Part shown: piece after piece, positions 38,945 to 52,390 of the stretch
How positions within the stretch are numbered: position 1 is the first letter of the stretch
Layout of the letters: each line of letters begins with the position of its first letter
NCBI RefSeq assembly: GCF_006345805.1
Contig: NC_043001.1
Coordinates: 96,100,001 to 96,164,000, forward strand
Direction of reading: 5' to 3'
Source of the DNA: Octopus sinensis
Taxonomy: Eukaryota
DNA: 64,000 nucleotides
Made by a program: the position numbers and the translations under genes
Notes under the pieces: model-generated
Databases searched by the model: none
What the model was told of the DNA's origin: nothing
Seen by the model: the letters and a program-made list of their open reading frames with translations, nothing else

Positions 38945-39312
38945 CTGTTGAGCGAACGGTCTTCGTCCCAGAGCTTGCAAGATGGGAGAAGTCCGAAACG
39001 TGGTCCTTTGCTATTCATAAGACCCGCAGAAGAGAAAGCAGGTCAACCTCCGACACCGAGAGCATCGACGGATGGATGAATGCGCATCCAGGCTCAGCGG
39101 TTGCATAGGAAGTCGGGGACAAGAAACAGAAAGAAAGTGTGAGACTAAGTTGGGGCGAAAGAGTACAACAGGGGCCGCCACTACCCCTTGCCAGAGCCCT
39201 GTGGAGCTTTAGGTGTTTTCGCTCAATAAACACACACAACGCCCGGTCTGGGAATCGAAACCGCGATCCTCCGACTGCGAGTCCACTGCCCTAACCACTG
39301 GGCCATTGCGTC
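38945..39312 (-). mobile_element. OR-like SINE with tail type c
   Basis: Shared OR head and body plus a distinct ~170-bp tail; flanks TGTTGTAGCTG on both sides. Confidence 0.8.
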
Positions 39313-39979
39313 TCTGTTGTAGCTGATGCAGCAGTAGCTGGTAATTTTAATGCTTCTCTTAATTGGAAAGATTTATAATATAACAAAGATGCGTTCAACT
39401 TTCGACCATGCCGTATTTTGTTGTTTTTCAAACAGAGTGTATCGAGGGCTATATTATCCAATGTGCCCTTTCTTTATTTCGTTATAAGAAAATAATGTGA
39501 GATTTAAAACCAATTTGATTGCGATTTCTAACAGAACAAATAACAGCGTACCAACTCCGCTAGGACTGTTTTACAGAATATGGACGAGGCCCGTCAACAC
39601 GCTTTTGCACTTGAGCATTTCGTCCATGAAGCACATTTTAGTAACATTTGTACTAAGAATAAATTATGGCAACTTCTTTACATGGTTAGTTACGAAACAG
39701 ACATCAGAGGAAAATATTGTGTAGATTATTAAGGAGACAAGTTTCTTTACATTTAGATATATATCTGTGTTTATGTCTATATTGAATAACAATGCTGTTT
39801 TTCAACAAATTCAGATATATCGTTGAAGGTTAATTACAACGGTCTCCAATTGCATTCAACATAATCTGACATGTTTTTGTAGATACAAAACAAGTTTCCC
39901 GCGGAGAATAATCAAGTGAACTTACATGGGAAGTATAATAATGTTAAAACGTGGTTTTAGTTATTTATATTTAATTGAC

Positions 39980-40260
39980 AGCTGTAGTACTGGTGGTGGT
40001 GGTGGCGATGGTGGTGGTAGTGGTGGTGGTGGTGGTAGCGGTGGTGGTGGTGTTGTTGTTTCTGGTGCTGCTGCTGGGCGGTGGTGGTGGTAGTGGTGTT
40101 GGTAGTGGTGGTGGCGTTGTTATTTCTGATGGTGGTGGCGGTGTTGTTCCTGGTGATGGTAGTGGTGATGGTGTTGTTGTTTCTGGTGGTGGTGGTGGTT
40201 GGTGGTGGTGGTGGTGGTGGTGGATGTGGTTGTGGTTGTCGTCGTGGTGGTTGATGGCGG
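39980..40260. repeat. Degenerate (GGT)n trinucleotide array
   Basis: Directly visible. Confidence 0.9.
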
Positions 40261-40429
40261 GGAACTGCAATGTTATTTACAATGGAAGGTGTAATGCCGT
40301 AAACAAGAAGCACCTGTGTTGCCGAAGACATTTTCTGATTATTTTTAGCAAAGATTTAATAACATCAGTTTTCGAGTCTATGTAATATGGCATGTTGAAA
40401 TAACAAAGGTAGAAACGTTAGCGGCTGTG

Positions 40430-40430
40430 A

Positions 40431-40485
<55 letters not shown>

Positions 40486-40527
40486 GGTGGTGGTGGTGGT
40501 GGAGTGGTAGCAGCAGCAGTAGAAGTT

Positions 40528-40570
<43 letters not shown>

Positions 40571-40664
40571 CAGTAGTAGTCGTATTATAGTAGTAGTAGT
40601 AGTAGTAGTAGTAGTAGCAGCAGCAGCAGTAGAATTAGTAGTAGTAGAAGTATTAGTAGTAGTA

Positions 40665-40743
<79 letters not shown>

Positions 40744-40754
40744 TAGTAGTAGTA

Positions 40755-40800
<46 letters not shown>

Positions 40801-40811
40801 TAGTAGTAGTA

Positions 40812-40844
<33 letters not shown>

Positions 40845-40862
40845 ATGGCAGCAGCAGCAGCA
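40430..40862. repeat. (TAG)n/(GGT)n/(CAG)n trinucleotide array
   Basis: Directly visible. Confidence 0.95.
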
Positions 40863-41705
40863 AATTTAGCACAAGCAATAGCGGTAGGTATTAGGTGCTT
40901 GCTTTGAGAACGATAATTGCAAAAAGTACCGTTTCCAGAAAACCTGATAAAATAACGATGATTACAAGTGAAGCTACGCTAAATTTGCATGATTGCATGG
41001 TTTGAGACTTGACCGACCTTGTCAAAAGAAATTTAAGTTTTTAGCCTAATGAATCCCACAGCAGTAAGACGGATTCGCCTCTTAGCCACCTTATTAATCT
41101 TTACATTACTGACATTATTACTGCAGCCTCCATCACTATACCATCGCCTTACACTCACAATATTCTCCCGTTGGCATTGCAAGTCAATAAGAGAATATCT
41201 AAGCAGTAGTTTGACTAAAATTCCCTCAAATAACACTCTACTCTCTCTAAAGAAGGCAACGACTATTTTGAATAACGTATATGTTGATGTATAAACAGTG
41301 AATTATCACGGCTGGGGAGAATTTGACCATGGCTTTCTGAGAGGTAACTCATAACAATAACGGCAAAAATAATACAAAACCTATGACGTGATAGCTTCCA
41401 TGTTTTAAGCATTTGTTTTACATTTTTTGTCTGATAGAGTTTACCGGAATTTGTTATGTATTTCTCGTCAGTTAGAATAACGCAAATAAAGTAGAACTGT
41501 CCAATTTAATAAATGAAATTGCTTGTTCTGTGTCATTTATATCTTTTGACTTTTCCAAACGATTACGATCCGAATGGCTTTTGTCTGGAATTCAGGTAAA
41601 GCTTTACCAGGATGATTGGTTAATCGAATCATTTGAACGTCGGACAAAACACTTTACGCTTTTTGTTCTTGTTTCAAATTCTAGTAAAGAAAACTTTTGA
41701 ATGAA

Positions 41706-41940
41706 AGCGGTGAGCTGGCAGAAACGTTAGCACGCCGGGTGAAATGCGTAGCCGTATTTCGTCTACCGTTACGTTCTGAGTTCAAATTCCGCCGACGTCG
41801 ACTTTCCCTTTCATCCTTTCGGGATCGATAAATTAAGAACCAATTACGCACTGGGGTCGATGTAATCGACTTATTCCACTTGTCTGTCCTTGTTTGTCCC
41901 TTCTGTGTTTAGCCCCCTGTGGGTAGTCAAGAAATAGGTA
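41706..41940 (+). mobile_element. Deu/Nin-domain-like SINE, monomer
   Basis: Full head, core and tail. Confidence 0.9.
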
Positions 41941-42454
41941 AAGTTTTTCCAAGCGATTACGATCCAAATGTCTTTGTATGACGTTCTGACTTCAGGAAAA
42001 ACTTTGCATTGCAGATGGTTGATTTTACCTTTCAAGCTAGTAAAGAATTCATTAATTATAATGTGGTATCACTTTACAGCGAAGTTCTTCGTATGAACTG
42101 TACTATTTGGTTTTTGGCAAGAAATTATTGCGAACTAATTGGTATTAATGCCGACCAGTTTTGTTCCTTATATTCAGCTTCTATCTCTGTTTCTTTCCAT
42201 TATATATTATGAGCATTAACGTCGTACTTTCTAATAATGAAGTGACATTTTTAATAGGACGTCTAAATATAATTTATTTAAATGTTTATTTGTAAGGTTT
42301 AAATAAGCAGCTTCGAGTATTGTAAAACGTCTACAAATTAGTTGTAAATTACTGGGTTCTAGTAGTTCATCGTTATTGGGATTAAGGAGAATCTAAGAAC
42401 AACAATTATTCTATCACTGAAGTTATTACACAGATCCTGTGATATAGGTAAAAA

Positions 42455-42705
42455 CAAAGGTTAAGTAAACCTTTCGAGTCGTACTGACTCATAAGGGCCG
42501 CTTTCCCGGCGTATATATTCACCACCTGGACTGGACGCCGGTCCGTTGCAGGATAGTTTATTTTTACCAGCTGCGTGGACTGTAGCAATGCGAAATAAAG
42601 TGCCTTGTTCAAGAAGATAACCCGTCGTCCAGTCCAAGATTCGAAACCACAATCTTACGATCATGAGTTCAACACCTTAACCACTAAACCACGCGCCTCC
42701 ACACC
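42455..42705 (-). mobile_element. tRNA SINE with a different body but the tail-a end
   Basis: Plus strand reads CTCATAAGGGCCGCTTTCCCGG...CACCTGGACTGGACGCCGGTCCG (tail a) and GATTCGAAACCAC...CTTAACCACTAAACCACGCGCC (tRNA head). Confidence 0.75.
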
Positions 42706-45652
42706 TATGATATAAGTCTAAGAGAATATCAGAGATAATGGTCATGACTTTCTTAACCCGAATAGACTGCTTATATCGATATAATAGTTGCTACAACACG
42801 CTCCAGCCTAACTGCAAATAATTCGGTCAACACATTTATATCTAGATACAGCAGAATTACGTGTCTGAAATTATAAACCACTTTTTTCTGCCTTTTTCCG
42901 CTACTGCATCACAACTTCCAGCTTACACAAACTGGGATTTATACCAGTTTTCTAGCCTCTGCCAGGTAAGGAACAACAAGAATAAAATACAAAGCATACA
43001 GCAAACAAAATCGGGAGGTGGGGTCAAAATTATTCTCTGGTACAGCCCAGATCGTAAACAAGAAACTGTCAGTTCAATAACGCAGATCAAATCTGCCCAC
43101 TCCACAGATTCTATACATTAACAAACTAATAAAATATCACCACTCAAATAATATATATTCTGTACGTTAACACTCAGTAAAATAGCAGAGCAAGCCTCCT
43201 ACACAACTAATATCAATATTATTGTAGCAAAAAGAATCTACTTTCTATACAGTAACAATCCATTACAGGTACACAATTCACAAACCACATGCGTTACCCA
43301 AGCACCGTAATATTCTGAAATGTATGAAACCAATTACAAAACACACGTGAAATATCACCACTCACATTTCATATTCTCTACACACCAAAAGTAGCACCAG
43401 TAACAACAAACACGAAATGAGCTAATATATTCTGTGACAGGGGTAGTATCGAGAAAAGCAATCTAATGGTTGAATCTAATGGAATCGAACTATATCAGGA
43501 AAAAAAATACGGAAGGAAATGGAAAATATATACTGCATAAAATTAGAAAAGTAGATAAGAGTTATCCTTACTTTGTATAATTCACAAAGAGAGTTCCAGC
43601 TTAAAAGAGAAATAAAAACAGAATGCAAATAAATAAACTGTATATCAATAAAGAAGACACTTTGAAAGCGAAGCAAATCTTATGCAGATTATATCAGTAA
43701 AGGCTTGCAGGATAAAAGCACTTCGAAAAAAGTGTGCTTTTCTTTCAGGAGGACAAGGCATTCGAACAGGTACCAAAATTTTTTTAGTGTGCCATTAACA
43801 AAAAAGCATCACACTGAAGAACACATCAACTTCAATAAACATTCATTCATAGGAGAATGGTGAGCGAAAGAAAAGCATTCAGTACAATAAAAGATGTAGA
43901 GACAAGAAGGAGAGAGAGCAAATGATATAACAGAACCGCAGTATATAGCCAAATGTATGAAAAGGGGAACTAATTTACAAACATATTGAGCTTTCACGCT
44001 AGAAATCTCTAACATTCACAAGGTTCCCGACCGCTGGTTGATTACACAGAGACAGGGAACATGGGTCAAAAAGCGATGACATTCAATGAACAGGAAAGGA
44101 GATTAGAATCCAGCAGCTGAATAACTGGTGAAAGAGAAAATGACATTAATTTTCAAAAGTGTAAATGACATTGAATTCAAACATTGTAATTTATAGGTTA
44201 CTCGCAAAAAAAAAAACACGAAAAGCCTTTTACATCTTGATTATACAACAGGTTGTTTACTCGTATGATGAGCTTTGATATAACATCAGATGAGAAGAAA
44301 AGATAACGCCGAGGGATGTATACGTGCAAAGAGAAGTTACTTGCGAACTGGACTATAACAGAAACAACATATCTTAGTAATTCCTGACTGATTATTAGAG
44401 AATATTATAGTATAACCACAGGATTTTATACTAGAAGCACTACGTAAAATGAAGTACTAATCCTGATAATATGCATTGATTATACCATGTCAGAATGGTT
44501 CACTACATAGCAAAGCGAAAACGATACTACAATAATGTAGTCATAAGAAATCTTCCCGGAAGAATCCATCATCAGTTTTAAAATACTAGCAATTCCTATG
44601 CAATAATCATATAACGCATTTATAGTAAACTTAATACCTAGTTACCTCCGGGGAAACAAAATGTTGACATTTAATGTTGTTGGTGAGAAAGCATATGTCA
44701 CGAAGACAAAGAATGGTGAAGAAGTATTCAACGTTGAATTATTCATCCTGGTCATGCATCTACACAAACCCTCCATTATTGGAAAACAACGCTGAAAAGT
44801 AAAAATAAAATTATCCTAATGAGCCCTCAATTCAATTTCAGTTCTCAGTTTAAATCCATTTGTTAGTTAATTTCATCGAAACATTACAAAACTATTCTGA
44901 AAAATGCATATCGAATGGAGTTTTCTATTTGATTCTAAATGTGAATTTTCAATATTTTTAATTTCCAAATTCAATTTCAAAATTTAATTTTTAATTTCAA
45001 AATAAATTTTGAAATCCTTATTAGCAGTTTAAAATGTTATCATCATTTTTACTTTTCTGCAGGAGTTAAAAAATAGGTCGTTCATGTATGTAAACAAATC
45101 CACGGCAGAATATGTGGAGCTCGATCCGGGGCAGTAACTAAAATATGAACTAAACGGGCATTCTGCAATCACCCAGTCATCAAGCATAACCTGAGTTCTG
45201 TAAGAGACCAGCTCAAATTGCACTGGCGTAAGATTAAAGAATTTGTAGCAATGATTTATTTATAGATCAGGAACTAGAATGATGAATTTCCTTTCTTAAA
45301 ATAGTATCATTTGATAAGAGATCACTTAGCCGCTATTTCTATAAAGATGCATGAATGAGATTCCCCCGTCGGCTCAAAAGTAGTTAACAATGCCTCGTAC
45401 AATTCTCTGATATACACACCTGCGATATTGTTGTTTCCTTGGCAAGCGTTAATCATTAACGATTAGAATTCCATCTGTTATAGCGTAGTAAGAGCTCAAA
45501 ATGAAAAATGCAAGTCTTGAATATTATATTTCGTTTAAAGGTAACTGTTGGTGTTAATATGGCTTAGCTCTAAGTCAACGTGATTGAACAGATTTATGCC
45601 GCAAGACATTCAAGCCATGAACATAGAGTTTGCGTGTTATTATTTTGTGAGT

Positions 45653-46065
45653 AAGGCGGCGAGGTGGCAGAATCTTTAGCACGCCGGGCGAAATGCCTGG
45701 CGGTATTTTATCTGCCGTTACGTTCTGAGTTCAAATTCCGCCGAGGTCGACTTTGCCTTTCATTCTTTCGGAGTCGATTAAATAAGTACCAATTAAGCAC
45801 TGGGGTATAATCGACTTAATCTGTTTGTCTGTCTTTGTTTGTTTTCTCTGTGTTTAGCCCCTTGTGGGTAGTAATGAAATAGGTATTTCGTCTGCCGCTA
45901 CGTTCTGAGTTCAGATTCCGCCGAGGTCAACTCTGGCTTTCATCCTTTCGGGGTCGATAAATTAAGTACCAGTTGCGTAGTGGGGTCGACCTAATCGACC
46001 TAATCGACTGGTCCCCTCCCCCAAAATTTTGAGTCTTGTGCCTAGAGTAGAGTAGAAAAGATTAT
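45653..46065 (+). mobile_element. Deu/Nin-domain-like SINE, tandem dimer
   Basis: Two units; the second ends CTTGTGCCTAGAGTAGA. Confidence 0.85.
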
Positions 46066-46084
46066 TATTCAGTAAGTCTTAAAA

Positions 46085-46295
46085 GTGGCGAGCTGGAAGA
46101 AACGTTAGCACACCGGCCAAATTGCTTTGAAGTATTTCATCCGTCTTTACATTCTGAGTTCAAATTCCTCCGAGGTCCATTTGCGTCTTATCCTTTTGGT
46201 GTCGATGAATGAAACACCGGTTGAGCACTGAGGTCGCGACGTAATTGACTTATACTCCCACCCAGAAACTTCTGGCCTTGTGCCAAAATTTGAAA
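46085..46295 (+). mobile_element. Deu/Nin-domain-like SINE, diverged monomer
   Basis: GGCGAGCTGGAAGAAACGTTAGC head and GGCCTTGTGCCAAAATTTGAAA end. Confidence 0.75.
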
Positions 46296-46982
46296 TCATT
46301 ACTATTCCATGAGTCATTTTTTTAATATCCCCAGAATTTAGATGCAAGAGATATTTGGTTGATATTTTTCGAAAAACAATCACCTTGATCGAAGCTCCTT
46401 AACGTCTTTAGACTCTGTGAGCTCATCAATATTATTTGTAGTTAAATTTATCTAACATTTGAGCATGGTAATTTTTGTTCACTGGCGCCATTAAAAACCA
46501 AAAAGGAATAGTTTAAACCGAATTAATAGCATAACTGTTTCAGTGCGAAATTACAGCTTTGTCACAAACAAAATATTTTCAAATAAAACTATACCGAATT
46601 TAACGGTAAATAAAACGTTGAAAAAAAGTCATTCAGTAGTTCAAATAACATAGTTCTGTTACTAATTATATGTAATTTAAGTCTGCAGAAATGTAATTAT
46701 GGCATCAAGTAAATTTTTTTCATACAATATGTATTGCCAAAACATCTTATTTCGCAAACAAACTATTCCAATTTCATTATAATACGTTGTGTTTTGATAA
46801 AGAATAAAAAAAATATATAGGGGAATTTTATGTGTTGTCATATAAATATTGACCGATGTATTTTTGTCTTTCGATAAAATTACATGATCAGATAATTTAA
46901 TTTTGAATTTCAACCCACCCAAGCCCGTATGTATGTATGTAAGTATGTGTGAATATATATAAATATATATATATATATATGA

Positions 46983-47043
<61 letters not shown>

Positions 47044-47220
47044 TACATATATATATATATATTGATTGTGTCTTGAGAAGTCAGGAAATTAAAGAGAACT
47101 ATTATACAATGGAATACAGAGACGAATTAGTTTCAATAAAACTCATATAATAAAATTCGGTAGAAGAAAAGACTATTGTAAGTTTACATTCCGTATCCAT
47201 CACAGTCTCACACACACACA

Positions 47221-47266
<46 letters not shown>

Positions 47267-47597
47267 ATGTGTGTGTTTGCGTATGGACTTCTATGATCTA
47301 TGAAAATTCTACTTTGTTGCTCTACTTTTAGATATTATATTCAATGTAACAGCTAGAACTTAACAGAAAAAGTACAAGTCACCTAAATTCCAGGCGATCT
47401 TTATGTAGCACCCATACTTTTCTATCCAACGAAAACTTGGCATCAAAATTCACAAGAAATTAATATACAAAATTCCTTGAATTGAGCCAGCGCAATTTGC
47501 TGGCAAAGGAATATAGGGTGCTGAAGGATTGCTTAAATTAATCTGGTCCACACCACGTGTGTATACATAGGTATTTATCGCGATTGGTTTCTGAAGC

Positions 47598-47880
47598 TGT
47601 GAAGGCGCATGACTCAGTGCTTAGAGTGTCGGTAGCGAGTTCGAATCTCACAGACCGGGCTGTGTGTCCTACGTTGTTCCAGTTCACTCAGGTGTAAAAA
47701 GGAATTGCGACGTCACTGGTTATTCCCTTGGATACCCCGGTGGTACAGAAAGGATAGGCTTTGCATGAATAGGTGACTGCTGCTCTTCCATAAACAACCT
47801 TGCCTGGACTTTTTTCTCGGAGGGGAACTTTCTAGGTGCATTCCTATGGTCATTCATACCCGAAGGCAGTTTTACTTCCC
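47598..47880 (+). mobile_element. tRNA-headed SINE, further tail variant, internally deleted
   Basis: GTGAAGGCGCATGACTCAGTGCTTAGAG...GAGTTCGAATCTC head. Confidence 0.55.
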
Positions 47881-48144
47881 CGAAGCTGTAAATGATGAGT
47901 ACGAATAATATATTTCACAGGGAATCGAAACTCAGTCTATTGTGATTAATATTTCTAACGCAGGTATTGTCCTTATCATTGTCTACTAACGAAATAATTC
48001 TTAGATCCACTATTTGCCATTTTTTTACAATATTGAATCTGCTTTTTCTTTACACAGGCTCGTTCACGTTGCATGAATTACAATATCAGAGACCGTATCG
48101 AAGATTCTAAGCAAAATATTGACGTTGAAAATGAATGTCATAAA

Positions 48145-48410
48145 AGATGTAATCGACTTAATCCGTTTGTCTGTCTTTGTTTGTCCCCTCTATGTTTAGT
48201 CCCTTGTGGGTAGTAAAGAAATAGGTATTTCGTCTGCCGCTACGTTCTGAGTTCAAATTCCGCCGAGGTCAACTTTGCCTTTCATCCTTTCGGGGTCGAT
48301 AAATTAAGTACCAGTTACGCACTGGGGTCAATGTAAGCGACGTAATCCGTTTGTCTATCCTTGTTTGTCCTGTCTGCGTTGAGCCTCTTGTGAGTAGTAA
48401 AGAAATAAGA
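48145..48410 (+). mobile_element. Deu/Nin-domain-like SINE, 5'-truncated dimer
   Basis: A tail-only unit followed by a unit restarting at GTATTTCGTCTG. Confidence 0.85.
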
Positions 48411-49484
48411 ATTAAAATGACAGATACTTTATTTGATTCAACAACTGTATACAGATACTCATCACCGAAACTGACGTAGAACCATTTACTATTTAGCTTT
48501 TTTTTCAGCTTTAACGCATGTTTACCGATTAAATCTCTTGAACTTCGCTGTTGTTACTTTGAATTTTTTCAAAATCTCACTCATACATCAGAGAAAGTGG
48601 AACCAAACGTTGACAAAACAGCGGACTCCATTAAACTATCTACTGACGAGATTCTGGTGTTAAACTGTCTAGCGGATAAGTCAAATACCTACTAAGAAAA
48701 GTCGATCCTCAATTGAGATTTTTATCCAATTTTACGCTTTTAGATTAAGCATACAAAGCTGTAATAGAGCCGGAGTTTTAGAGGGAGACACTTGTCTACG
48801 ATGCACATTTGTATGAAAATTTCCCATGTATGCTGTTATAACTGGGTTCATATATTATATTACATTTCGTTTGCCAGTTTCAGTTTCGTCCCTTTCAACA
48901 TGGAACCAATAAGTTATCATGTAGCTGTAACCTTGATATTTCAGTTGTTTCCTGGTTTATAGCTTCCCTTAATGCACTCCCTACATGTTTATATGCTTGA
49001 CATAAAATCAAATATTCGGGCAATAAATGTCATACTGTCTGTTTTCTTATTATAAAATGACAACGGCAACTGTTGTGTTTATAAATTTAATGTTTAAGTA
49101 TGGAAGTATGGAGTAGCTATTTACTTGTCAATAATAATGTAAAAGAAACCAACCAGGCAATTATTATTGCATAAGTGTTATTTTATTCATTTATTTCGTT
49201 TAGAATTAAGTCTTTTTCGACAAAATATGAATTCCAACTGCTCCACCTCCTTTAAATTTCCTCTACTTTGCATTGTAGATTTTCATTAATTCTCGACTAA
49301 TTCTATAATATACACCCACCCCACGTTTCCGCTCTTCTCCCCCCACCCATCTTTTAATCACTCTTTGATGCTGTTTCACGCTTCTCCTCTTATGTTTTCA
49401 TATATTATTTCCTTTCTGCTCATTGCATTCACTTCCTTTTCCAATCTCCGTTATACCACCTCTCTGTTATACATTCTCTCGGTT

Positions 49485-49529
<45 letters not shown>

Positions 49530-49540
49530 ACACATACACA

Positions 49541-49588
<48 letters not shown>

Positions 49589-50324
49589 TTCAACCCATTC
49601 CCTAATAAAAACTTTGCCAACTACCTCTCATCGATTCTTTTACGAATGCATGTGTTTACTTTCATTGGCATATATTTTTATAGTTTGCGAAAAAATTATA
49701 GAACCAATGTTGTCAAATTGTTTTCATTCTGATATTTATGTCTTTAAATATATTAATCATTCGTCATCACGTCGTAAACTGAAATATTGTGGCCAATTTA
49801 TATAATCTATTCAGAAAGAAAACCTACTTCAGTTACTACCTCATTAATCAAAATGAAGCGTCTTCTTATTTCATTACTGAAGCAATCAATTTCTCTTCCA
49901 TCTTAGCAAGATATGTGCAGAGACATCTTGAAAAAGCGACCATTGTTTTCTAAGCCAATTTATTGATTCATTAGAGGAAAATAAAAGTAATTAGAGATAT
50001 GACGAAATTTTGAGGTTATTCATATGAACTCTGCATAAGTAGACAAGCTTAGTATGAACACAAGACATTTATAACTGGCTATACAGCAAAAGCTTTCGAC
50101 AATAGCTCAAGGTTATTGTATTGCAGACAAACAGATAGAACACATTTTGTCACTGCGTGTGAATTAATATGCCTGGAATCTATGATTTTACCCGTAATGC
50201 AACAATGAGTCTATAGTTGTTGAAGTAATGAAACGATGCGAGCATAATAAAACGACAAATGGAATCATACGAGCTGTTATGAAACGGTAATTGTTTTATT
50301 TTGTGCAGGAACACGCCACATCAA

Positions 50325-50363
<39 letters not shown>

Positions 50364-51884
50364 TTTCTGTCAGTCTGTCTGTCTCTGTTTATTCTGGTCG
50401 TCTGCCTTTATGTGTATGCATTAAACAGAGATTTCTATGGCGCTTTATAGTCGTTACTGATCAGAAGTACACTTCATCTTTCTCATCTTCAATATGATCA
50501 CCATTACAGCTTATTACAGTATACTGATGTTTTCCCCAAAACAGCTATAAGTCCGTTATTGACAGTGAACTTCAGTATTTGAACGGATTAAAGTAGATTA
50601 TGATCTGTTAAGCAAGTCCATTGACAGTTTTCCCATAGAAGTAATCCAAACAAAATACACGAAATTCGTATTTATCAATCTCGCTAAAATGTTTCCATGA
50701 ATATATGTAGTGCTTAATAAAAGGATGGACCAGTCGGTTTTTGTAAATGGATTATGATGGAATTGTAAAAGTTTCGATTTAAAAGTAATTTCTCACATCA
50801 TCCATAATTGGAATTCTTTGCAAGCTTTACTGAACAGATTCTCGAGTCACGACGCGTTGCCTTTTCGTTTTGTGAGTGACTCTCATGATATTGCGTTATA
50901 TGCTTGCAGAAGATACGCGGCTATTTCATGCATTACTAAGCGTGATCATCGATTAAAGTGTTCACTCTTTGCATACTGTTCTCTATCGCTATGCTACGCA
51001 GCTACGCTTTTAACAGATATTCTCAAGAGGTGTGTAAAGGCTAGCACTTAACTCCGATTTTATGATATTAAACGGAGGAGGTATTAATTACCAAACTTGG
51101 GGATAAGACGTCAAAACATCGTAACATTTCCAGAAAATGTGATAAACATTTTCAACAGCTACTTTATTTGGTAATGTATAATGCGGTATGATTTCCGCCT
51201 CAGATACACAATTAATATCTGCAAAACTTTTAACGCCTTTGTGCTAATAAGACAATATCTTAGATATTCGGTCAATGACCTCATCCACTTCATAAAGGAA
51301 TAAGGCTTAAATAATAAATGTCTATTAATTTATTGCATTGACCCGAAATATCCATGTGTTATTCAAGAGTAATCGATGCGGACGTTATTATGGGCAACAC
51401 CAGATGTATCATTAAGGCTCAGGCTACTAAGAGCGCTGGCCTACATTAGGTATCAATATAAATGCATCACATTTTTGTTCTTTCCTGCTTCCATATATCG
51501 AGTGTTGAATTAATATTGGTTGATGCAGTATCACTGGATCTTCTCTACAACACAACAACAAATAATTCTATATAAATTTATATACAGACTCTATTTGAAA
51601 CTTAAGAGTTTTCACTCCACACAGCAAGGTCACCGTACTCTTAGTCCCGATTATACGAAATAATACTACTCTTGCCCTCGTTGACCTTTATCTTTAGACC
51701 CTGTTTGCCAGATTGGTAGATTCGTAAAACCATAAGACACAATGCCTTGCAGCGTTTGGTCAGATTCTCCTGCTCGAATTTGCCTTTCAGATTTTCGGAA
51801 CTAGTGTGCCAGAATTGACAACTGAAATCATGGATTTGTTTGAGTGTTGGAAGAAATACCAGCCAATAATTGTTCTAGTTCTAA

Positions 51885-52075
51885 GGCAGCTAGATGGTAG
51901 AATCATTAACACGCCCGACATTTCGGCCGTCTTTATGTTCTGAGTTCAATTTGTGCTGATGTCGAATTTGCCTTTCAGTATTTCCGTAAACACCAGTTGA
52001 GGACAGGGGTCGTTGTAATCGACTTACACCCTATCCGAACTTGCTGGCTTTGTGACAAAATTTGAAACCAATATT
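51885..52075 (+). mobile_element. Deu/Nin-domain-like SINE, diverged
   Basis: AAGGCAGCTAGATGGTAGAATCATTAAC...GTTCTGAGTTCAATT...TTTGCCTTTCA. Confidence 0.65.
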
Positions 52076-52132
52076 TATTCTGGTTCTTCGCGTTCTAAAG
52101 TCATTACTTGCGATAACATAGGAGTGAAAAAG

Positions 52133-52390
52133 TAAAGGTAAAGTTACCTTCTCGAGTCATACCGACTCATAAGGGCCAGTTTCCCGGTTTCCGTGGTGTA
52201 TATACACCCCACCTGGATGGGACGCCGGTCTGTCACATGATAACTCACTTTTGCCGGCTGAGTGGACTTGAGCAAACGGGAAATTAAGTGTTTTGCTCAA
52301 GAAGACAACACGTCTCCCAGTCCAGGAATCGAAACCACAATCTTAAGATCATGATCTAACACCCTAAACACTAAGCCACACTCTTCCCAC
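52133..52390 (-). mobile_element. tRNA SINE, same family as 42455 (tail a)
   Basis: Tail CTCGAGTCATACCGACTCATAAGGGCCAGTTTCCCGGTTTCC and head GGAATCGAAACCACAATCTT. Confidence 0.75.

Noticed and set aside
39957-40878. Gly/Val/Thr/His/Leu homopolymer ORFs, including one with an apparent signal or TM segment
   Set aside because: They coincide exactly with trinucleotide arrays, are open on both strands and have no splice or homology support.
50843-50884. Hairpin GAGTCAC...GTGACTC as a possible pre-miRNA
   Set aside because: Only a 7-bp stem, far short of a pre-miRNA duplex.
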